Shown here in pieces: positions 45,471-53,293 of a stretch of 53,293 nucleotides of DNA. The stretch spans positions 62,001 to 115,293 of the forward strand of contig CAUYUJ010000329.1 in the NCBI GenBank assembly GCA_963575745.1. The letters are read 5' to 3'. This stretch comes from Prorocentrum cordatum. Taxonomy: Eukaryota. Every line of letters begins with the position of its first letter. Positions within the stretch are counted from its first letter, which is position 1. The translations under genes were made by a program, and so were the position numbers. The notes below the pieces were generated by a model. It was not told where the DNA came from, searched no databases, and was given only the letters and a program-made list of their open reading frames with translations.

Positions 45471-47528
45471 TGTTTGTTGCACAGGGGTTGAATATGCGTG
45501 GATAACGTGGTCGCGCGCAGGCGTGGAACATCAAGAACGGGAAAGGGGAAGGAGGAGAACGAGACGCAGGAAAGGCTGAGGATTTTTGTTGGGTGACTCT
45601 ACGGCCCTTCTCCACCAAAGAACTGCAGCTGGCGGTAACGCAAAATCGAGAGTTGAAGCACTGAATCAAGCCGTCAGTGTTCACGTTCACTCCCTTTTTG
45701 CTGCAATGGGGGTGAGCACTGTGCCTGCTGTGCTTGCACAACGTGAGCCAGCCCTTCCTCGTCGCCCGCGTCGGAGCTGCACAGGGCGACGCGAGACCAC
45801 GGACATTGGCCCCACTGAAGTGGCAATCGCACTTCACACGAATGAAAAGATAGTGCCATCTTCGCAGTCAAAAACAACGACTCGGTGCCCTGGTGCATCA
45901 TCAAGTCTGCTGGAGTGCAACTTGCTTGTGCCAGGGCACCGCCATTCCGAGTGTTTGCCCTTCAGGCATACTTCACATCTCCAACCGCCTGCCCACTGCC
46001 GCCACCTGCGGGAGGGTCCTGGCTGCACAGGGGACGCTTTGTCAAGAGCAACCAGAAACAGGTCCAGCGGGTCCCAAAAAGCCAGGGTGCAATGCAGACC
46101 AGCTTGCCGATGGCATCGGGCTGGTCTCGATCCGAGAGGTGGCGGTTCACTGCATGTTCCGCGCCACCATCCGCATGCGCGTTCCCCACTCTCCTCCAAC
46201 GCTCGAGGCTGTCCAGACCAGCTCCCTCGGCATCCTTGTGGGCAGAAGCCTCCGCAAAAGGAATCAGCGAGGCGAAAGAAGAAACACGCTGCAAGCAAGC
46301 TCCCGAATCCATGCGCTTGCCAGAGAGCATCTCATTACTAGGCAACGCCGCCTGATGGACCACGTCGGCACAGTCCGAAACGGCTGTGGGGTGCTGGGGG
46401 ACAGCACGGAGGTGAGACCAGGTGTAGGCAGAAAACTCCGCATTCTGAGGCGTCTGCGGGCACGGGGCCCAAACGTGGGCCTCGAAGCTCGGCTAGAAGC
46501 GACCCAGGGTCACTGACCATAGCTATACACGAACCAGCTCTGCCAAGCTCACGGATGGGATGTCCCGAACACGACACATCAATGAATGACGAACCCCACA
46601 GCAATTTGGTAGGGGGTTCTCCAGACGGCGAAACCAGGTCTTGAACATGCCAGTGGACCATCGGACCCTCGTCTGCCTCCGTGCAGGGCTTAGGGTACGA
46701 GTCGGCGGGATGCGCGAAAGCTCCAGACGAAACGGGGAAGAGGTCACCACCAGACGCCGCCGCCGCCTCCAAGGCCGCTTGAATGTCTTCTTGCTTCACC
46801 TCCGACTCTCTGACCTGCGCAGCATCAGCAAGAGTGCAGGTCCGCAAGCGACGGAAACAACACAACAGTGTCTGGCTGCCCGCAGTGAGGGCAAGCAACG
46901 TCGACCTGGCACCCCAGCCTGAGCGCGCACCCACGAGCGGGGACGCCCCCAGTGGTAAAGGAGCGAATCCCACCTTTCTCGAGGGGTGAACGTTTTGCTA
47001 GCCAGCGCTCCCTTGATACTGTCATAGCAGGTGCGATGCTTGACCCCTCTATTGGCAGCCGACTCCCTCTCCCACATTCCCATGTCGGCCTCACCACACA
47101 ACTTGCCACTGAGGAGGGGGGGGTGCCCCAGGGAATCGAGCAACCACGATCATCGCGAAGGGTAATGGAATCCGTCATCACCCGACGTATCCTGGAAATC
47201 GACGTGCGCATGGCTGAAATAGGCTCAGAGACGGCGCGCCAGGATCAGGCCACTGGGGCAAAGACGGCCGACCACGCACGCTTGAGCCTAGGAAGCTTAC
47301 GCGACCATTTGTAAGCGGCCGTCGGGGCCAACCACATCTCCTTCGACCATCTCACAATGGGGGGCAAGCCATGCGCCAGCAGAGGCCATCCTCGAGGATG
47401 GCCGCAGCAGCGAGCGAACGCAGCTTCGAAGAGACACGAGCCGTGCCGACGAGTCTTGGGGGAGGTCCCGATCCGAGGCCCCCGCGATCTCACTCCCGTA
47501 ACCGGCACCCGCAATTGGACCAGAAGGG

Positions 47529-47691
47529 TCGGGAGACTCTCCATGGGGGGGGATCCCATGGGGGGGCAGGAGGGGATCCCCCCCATGGGATCCCCTCCTG
47601 CCCCCCATGGCATCCCCAGGGGATCCTATGGGATCCCCCGCCCTGGGATCCTATCCCCCCATGGGATCCCCCCCCATGGAGAGTCTCCCGA
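47529..47691. mobile_element. 163-bp MITE-like element with 37-bp perfect TIRs and a 5-bp AAGGG flanking duplication
   Basis: 47529-47565 is the exact reverse complement of 47655-47691; AAGGG at 47524-47528 and 47692-47696. Confidence 0.75.
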
Positions 47692-48144
47692 AAGGGCCCA
47701 AAAACATCGTGACGGTGCAATCTCTCGAGGCTACACATCATTTCCTGTCTGTCTGTCTGTTCCCTCATTCTGCCGACCGAGACGTTTGGCCCCCCCTGCG
47801 GCTCCAGAGCCGAATCTGGGCCAGCGGGGGAGGTGGGAGTGGTGCGGTGGAGAAGGCCGAAACGCACCACGGCGAGGAAGCAAAAACTTAGGAAACCCCC
47901 ACACGTGGAAGTTTCCAACGCCGCTCCTTCCTCCTCTCCTTCACTACCTCCTCCTCCTCCTCCTCCATCCCCTCCTCCGCCTCCCTCTCCTCCTCCTCCT
48001 CCCCCTCCTCCTCCTCCTCCTCCTCCTCCTCCTCCTCCTCCTCCCTGCTCCTCCTCCTCCTCCCCCTCCTCCTCCTCCTCCTCCGAATCTAGGCCAGCGA
48101 GGTTCCCCAAACGGACAGCCGCGGGAAAGGCCTTGAAGGCTTCC

Positions 48145-49317
48145 TCAAGCGAGCCTGCCAGGGCTCCCAGGGGGGGTGGTGTGAGACTTGGCAGTGCCAG
48201 CGGCTCGATCACGAATGCTACGGTTTCCCTCATGCAACTCGCTGTCACCAGTCTCGCCATTGGGACGGTCCGTGCCTGCTGGAAGCGTATCAGCCGCAGC
48301 CGCCGCCCCATCAGGTCCCCCACCGTCGGCATTCTGGTCGCACCACCTGCGCTTCGCCGCGAGCCTCTTGAGGTGAACCCCGTGATCAGCGCGAAGTGAG
48401 TCCACCTTGGTTTTGGAGTCCTTGAACATGCTGGCGGCCAGCGAGACGATGCCCTCGCGTAACTTGCTGGCACGAGATTCCCACTCTTGCGTGTCCTCAG
48501 GCGTGAGTTCGTACTCCAGCTCGTCGATCTTGAACATGTCATTCGCCGACAGGTCGAGCGGGTTGGACAGCTTGTCGGCGTCAAGGATATTCCCAGTAGA
48601 GAGCACGGGTTTGGACGCAACAGGCTGTTCGTTCGCGGGAAATTGATTGTGCAGCTTGCGGACCAGCTCGCCGTGCTCGGACTCTGCTTGCTCGAGCTCA
48701 TCACACAAGGCGCCCACATGGGCTCGCTGCGCCTCCAGTTGCTGCTGCATTGTCTCGGTCTTGCGGACCGCAGCCTCCAATTTCTCCGCGGACCTGACCT
48801 TGGAGTGAGCTTTGGACAGATGCGCTTGCAAGCTCTCGCGTGTCGAAGCAGTGAGTGCATTGGCGGCCCTGCGGTATTGCTTCGCCTGCGTCGCATCACC
48901 CATCTTGTCACAGAGGGCCGCTATCTGCAGATACTCTTCCGCCGACAGCCTCGGAGCACCCGCTGCTGGGACGGTAGGCTTGGTCCCCGCAGTAGCATGC
49001 AAAGCGGCAGGCGACGAAACTTTGGCAGCGCCCTTGTTTGGGCTGGAGTGCCACGCACTTCCAATCGTGGGAGGGCGAGACCCACCACAGTGCTTGCACC
49101 ATGTGAACCAAGAGGCGTTCCGACGGCACCCGCATTGCGGACACTCCCAGCGCTGAACAGAATGGATCAGAAGCTGGTTAGATTGAAGACCAGGCTTCAT
49201 GGAAGGCCAAGCTTGAGAGGAAGGACTGTTCACATCCTGCACCCAGGGCGCGCAGTCGAAACCATAGCTCCATTTGCCGCCACCTGACTTGCTCGTGTTG
49301 AAGCCCTTGCCCGCCAT
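48145..49317 (-). CDS. LINE ORF1-like protein (RanBP2-like zinc finger plus coiled coil)
   Basis: 390 aa ATG ORF; WECPQCGCRRNASWFTWCKHC; heptad region KAHSKVRSAEKLEAAVRKTETMQQQLE. Confidence 0.7.
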   Translation of the reverse strand: MAGKGFNTSKSGGGKWSYGFDCAPWVQDVNSPSSQAWPSMKPGLQSNQLLIHSVQRWECPQCGCRRNASWFTWCKHCGGSRPPTIGSAWHSSPNKGAAKVSSPAALHATAGTKPTVPAAGAPRLSAEEYLQIAALCDKMGDATQAKQYRRAANALTASTRESLQAHLSKAHSKVRSAEKLEAAVRKTETMQQQLEAQRAHVGALCDELEQAESEHGELVRKLHNQFPANEQPVASKPVLSTGNILDADKLSNPLDLSANDMFKIDELEYELTPEDTQEWESRASKLREGIVSLAASMFKDSKTKVDSLRADHGVHLKRLAAKRRWCDQNADGGGPDGAAAAADTLPAGTDRPNGETGDSELHEGNRSIRDRAAGTAKSHTTPPGSPGRLA

Positions 49318-50099
49318 GACTCCTCACGAATCGTGGTGACAGACGATCTTCTAGGAGCTCACTAACAGTTAAAGAGGAATGAGCCAGGTTGGCTCGCAAT
49401 GGCACAAGGCCGTTCTGAAGGAGCATGCTGGTGCAAGCGCAGGCTGAGACAGCCTGAACCATAACGGCTAAGGAAAGGCTGAAGAGGAGGAGGGGGAGGA
49501 GGAGGAGGAGGAGGAGGAGAAGGAGGAGGAGACAAGGACGATAAGTGGAGAAGTAGGGGAAGGAGGATGGGGAGGGGAGGACATCGAGAGGACGAGGGGG
49601 AGAAGGAGCATAGTAAGAAGGAGTGGGAGGGCGCTAGGGACGGAGGCAAGGGAGGTGGTGGGGGAGGATGAGGAGGGGGTGGAAAAGAATGTGGGTATGA
49701 GGAGGATATGAAGAGGACGGGGAGGAGGAGGAGGAGGAGGAGGAGGAGCATGGGGAGGAGGACAAGGACGATGATGATGATGAGGAGGAGGAGGAGGAGG
49801 AGGACGAGGAGGAAGACGAGGAGGAAGACGAGGAGTAGCAGTAGGAGAAAGAGGAGGCGGAGGATGTTAAAAGGGCAGGGGAAGTGGATGGGGGGGAAGA
49901 AGATAACGGAGGACGACTATGCTAAACATTAGGAAGAGGAGAACAGGAGAAGAAAGAGAGGGGAGATGGGAACAGACGGATGCGTGTGGGGGGGGGGGGG
50001 GCAGCAGACGTAGAAACAGGAGGATGAGGAGGGAGAGGATGGGGGAGCAGCAGCAGCAGAGGAGGAGGAGGAGAAGGAGGACGAGGAGGACGAGGACGA

Positions 50100-50815
50100 G
50101 GAGGAGGAGTAGGACCAGCGTAAACCTCAGAAATTTCCACTGAGGGAACTGCCTCGTTGGAAGACAACCGTTTGAAGACCCTGACGCATGCCAAAACATA
50201 GTTCTCGGATTTCCAACGCCACGGATCAACCTGACTGCTGCGTCTTGACGATCCTGAATCGTGCCAGAACGCCATTTTTGGGATTTCAATACCGCGAATC
50301 AACGTAATTGTTGCGTCCTCATAATCATGAATCCTTTCAAGAACCACTTCTGATACTCTGTTCATGGGAATCCGTGAGATCCATGCATCTGTTTAAAGCG
50401 AATGTGCGTGGCGCTAAGGCGAGAACCACATTTTGAAAAGACCGCCCTCAATCCGTCAAACTTTTGCATGTTTTAAACGAACGTGCGCGGCGCTAAGGCG
50501 AGAGCCACAGTTTGAAAAGGAACCGCCCTCAATCCGCGAAGCTCTTGCAAATTTGAAATCGAATGTGCGCGGCGCTACGGCGAGAACCACATTCTGAAAA
50601 GGAACCGCCCTCAATCCGTGAAGCTCTTGCAATTTGTGTTCAACGAATGTGCGCGGCGCTAAGGCGAGAGCCACATTTTGAAGACCAACCGCCCTCCATC
50701 CGTGAAGCTGTTGTCAATGTTAAAGCTTCAGGGTCATAAAAGGCGAGGACGTCTCAGGCGAAACGTCCGGACCGCCCTGAGAAACTGGCCTCGGGGTGAG
50801 ACAGGGGGAAGTTAT
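50100..50815. repeat. Dispersed repeat containing four about 82-bp tandem units; second copy at about 52085-52840
   Basis: AATGTGCGCGGCGCTAAGGCGAGAGCCACA units at about 50401, 50480, 50562, 50647 and at 52430, 52513, 52592, 52674; shared ends TTGGAAGACAACC and AAAGCTTCAGG..TCTCAGGCGAAACG. Confidence 0.85.
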
Positions 50816-53293
50816 TCAGAAGGAACAGGAATGGGGCGTGAGACATGCAGTGTCAGGAGGAGGAGGGGAAGTAGGAGGAGGAGAGTGAGGTGTGGAGCGA
50901 GCGGAGAAACGAGGAGAGGGGGGCGGGGACAGGAGCTGGGGGAGGAGGGGGGGAGGGAGGAGGGGATGGGGAGCGAGGGGGGCCGGCGAGGAGGAGGGGA
51001 GCAGAGGGCCGACCTCGGCCGCCCCTTTGGGTCGGCCCTGCCCTGCAGGCACCAGCGCCAGCCCGTCGTCTGCTCGGCGCCCGTGACCGTCGCCCCGGCG
51101 ACCCCCGCCGAGCTGGTCGGCGAGCCGGGCCCGTGGTGTTGTTCCGTGTGGCTGTTGGTGCTCGGGGCCTCCTCCTCCTCCTCCTCCGCGTCCTCCTCCT
51201 CCTCCTCCTCCTCGTCCTCCTCCTCCTCCTCCTCCTCCTCCTCCTCCAAGTAGACGTGCGCTCCTCCTCGGCTTACGTCGTCGTCGTCGTCGTCGTCGTG
51301 GTCGTCGTCGTCGTCGTCGTCGTCGTCGTGGTCGTCGTCGTCGTTGTCGTCGTCGTAATCGTTGTAATCGTCGTCGTCGTCGCTGTCGTCGTCGCTGCCG
51401 TCGTCGTCGTCATCGTCGTCGGTCGTCGGTCGTCTGTCGTCGTGGTCGTTGGTCCGTCGTCCACGTTGTCGTCCATGTCGTTGTCTTCATCGTCTTCCGC
51501 CTCTTCATCATCCTTCCATCTCGTTTGTGTTAAGTAATTTTTTCAAAGCCTCGGGCACAGTTGAGGTTTGCCTGTGCAATATCTATTCTAGACGCTTCGC
51601 GTAACCTCACCAGCTTGTGCTGTGCATGTGCAACTGCGAGCATGCTTGCAGGTGCGGTCGGCTGTCGACAGTGACGGCTGGATTCGCAAATTTACAATGT
51701 ACCGCGCCCCGGACGTTGTGACCGCTCCCTGGGCATTTCCTTGGAGCCGCGACCAAAAAAGTAACCTCACCAGCCCATCCAGAGACGATGCCCAGGCGAG
51801 TTGCCCTGATCAGGGATGTGAAGGAGCATGCAGTGGAATAGAGGGCTAGTGAAGCCGCCGTACCCCAAGAGGGGGAAGATGGAGGAGGAATCGGCGGAGG
51901 AGGAGGAGGAGGAGGAGGAGGAGGAGGAGGAGGAGGAGGAGGAGGAGGGGGGGAGGGGGAGGGGGTGGGGGAGGAGTGAGGAGGGATGAGGGATGAGGAG
52001 GAGGAGGAGGAGGAGGAGGAGGAGGAACAGGCGGATGAGGAGAAGGAGGAGAAGGAGGAGCAGCAGCAGGAGGAGGAGGAGGAGGAGTAAACCCAAGACT
52101 CATCAACGGTATTGCAATAGCCCCTCCCTCCGAGGTCACTCTTCAGAGGCCACATACAAGGGTTTATTTTCAATGAGGGATTTGCCCCGTTGGAAGACAA
52201 CCTTTGGAAATCTGGAACTGTGCCAGAACACAATTAATGGGACTGTGACGCCGCGAATCACCATTACTATTGCGTCTTGATGATCGCGAGTTGCGCCAGA
52301 ACGCCATTCCTTGGACTTGAACACCGCGAATCAGCGTGACTGCGGCGCCCTGATATCTCGACATCGTGCCAAAATACCATCTGTGGACATCAACCATGAG
52401 AACCTTTGAAAATGCTGCAAGCTCTTCAGAATGCGCGCAGCGCTTAGGCGAGAGCCACATTTCAAAAGGGATCGCATTCCATCCGAGAAACTCTTGCAAT
52501 GGTTTAAGACTAATGTGCGCGGCGCTACGGCGAGAGCCATATTTTGAAAGCGGGCCACCCTCTATCCGTGAAGTGATTGCAAATGTTTAGAGAGTGCGCG
52601 GTGCTAAGGCGAGAGCCACAGTTGGAAAGCGGACCGCCCTCCATCCGTGAAACATTCGCAATTGTTTAAGGCGAATGTGCGCGGCGCTACGGCGAGAGTC
52701 ATATTTTGAAAGTGGACCGTCCTTCATCCGTGAAGCTCTTGCACATGTAAAGCTTCAGGATCACGAGTGGTGAGGGAGTCTCAGGCGAAACGCGGGGCCC
52801 GCCCTTTCGACTGGCCTCGGGGTGCGACAGGGAGGAGTTATTGATAAGGAAGAGGGGCGGAGGAGGGCGAGCAGAAAGTCCAGGGGGCGTCTTGCAGGCT
52901 CTCGGAGATTCTTCGGATGTCTCTTGAGAGTTCCTTGGGGTCCTACTGGGGCGTCTTGGGGGCCCCTTGGCGGTCCATGAGGCCTCGTGGAGCGTCTTGG
53001 GTGCCTCGGGTGAGCTTCTTGGGGCCTCGTGGGGCTCTCTTGTGAGCCTTTGGGGGTCTCCTGGGCGCCTCTCGGGGCCCTCTTAGGGCCGTCTTGGGGC
53101 AACCTTGGGAGACTTGGGGTCCATCTTGGGGCCATCTTGGAGGAGATCGATCAAAGAAGGGGGAGGTGCCATATTAGCCCCCCCCCCAAAGAGGCCAACA
53201 TGTGCCCGAAACCTACGTAGCATCAGTGATGTGTGCCTTCTCGCCGAGGCCGTCTTGGACGCTCCAATCGGGCGCGGCCCTCCCCCCTATCCA

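Larger units (their letters stand above)
45490..49440 (-). mobile_element. Decayed second LINE: ORF1 retained, endonuclease/RT missing, post-RT region and C-terminal RNase H degenerate
   Basis: ORF1 at 48145-49317. Fragments on minus: WSKEMW..AWSAV, FIDVSC..ELGRAG..LRGP..QNAEF, SAH..GNAHADGGA (RNase H), WRCEVC, GHRV. Many frameshifts. Confidence 0.6.

Overview
GC-rich, repeat-dense eukaryotic DNA that looks like a dinoflagellate nuclear genome. This is inferred from dinoflagellate spliced-leader relics, GC/GA splice donors, tiny exons in very large introns and a DNMT-bearing LINE. Main contents: (1) 1-6793 (+): the 3' part of an LTR-retrotransposon-like element (PPT plus a 183-bp TG..CA LTR holding a spliced-leader-like motif). 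It carries a long, frameshifted non-pol ORF with a Tpt1/KptA RNA 2'-phosphotransferase (NAD-dependent ADP-ribosyltransferase fold) domain, and five copies of a covarying GNRA-type hairpin. (2) A split host gene on + encoding an SLC35A-like nucleotide-sugar transporter (exons at about 12130, 13341, 31557, 37544, 38601 and 39044). One intron appears to be a non-canonical AT..AC intron with 33-bp terminal inverted repeats. (3) In the second visible intron, an apparently full-length 13.9-kb antisense LINE (13563-27485): SL relic, ORF1 with a RanBP2 zinc finger, then ORF2 ordered RNase H - AP endonuclease - RT - C2H2 - cytosine methyltransferase. It continues into a 4.7-kb 3' extension of tightly packed unknown ORFs and three covarying hairpin repeats before the poly(A). 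(4) A second, decayed LINE (about 45.5-49.4 kb), an RT relic (about 11.5-12 kb), a 163-bp MITE, several minisatellites and kilobase-scale microsatellites. All domain calls are by-eye motif recognition; no searches were run.
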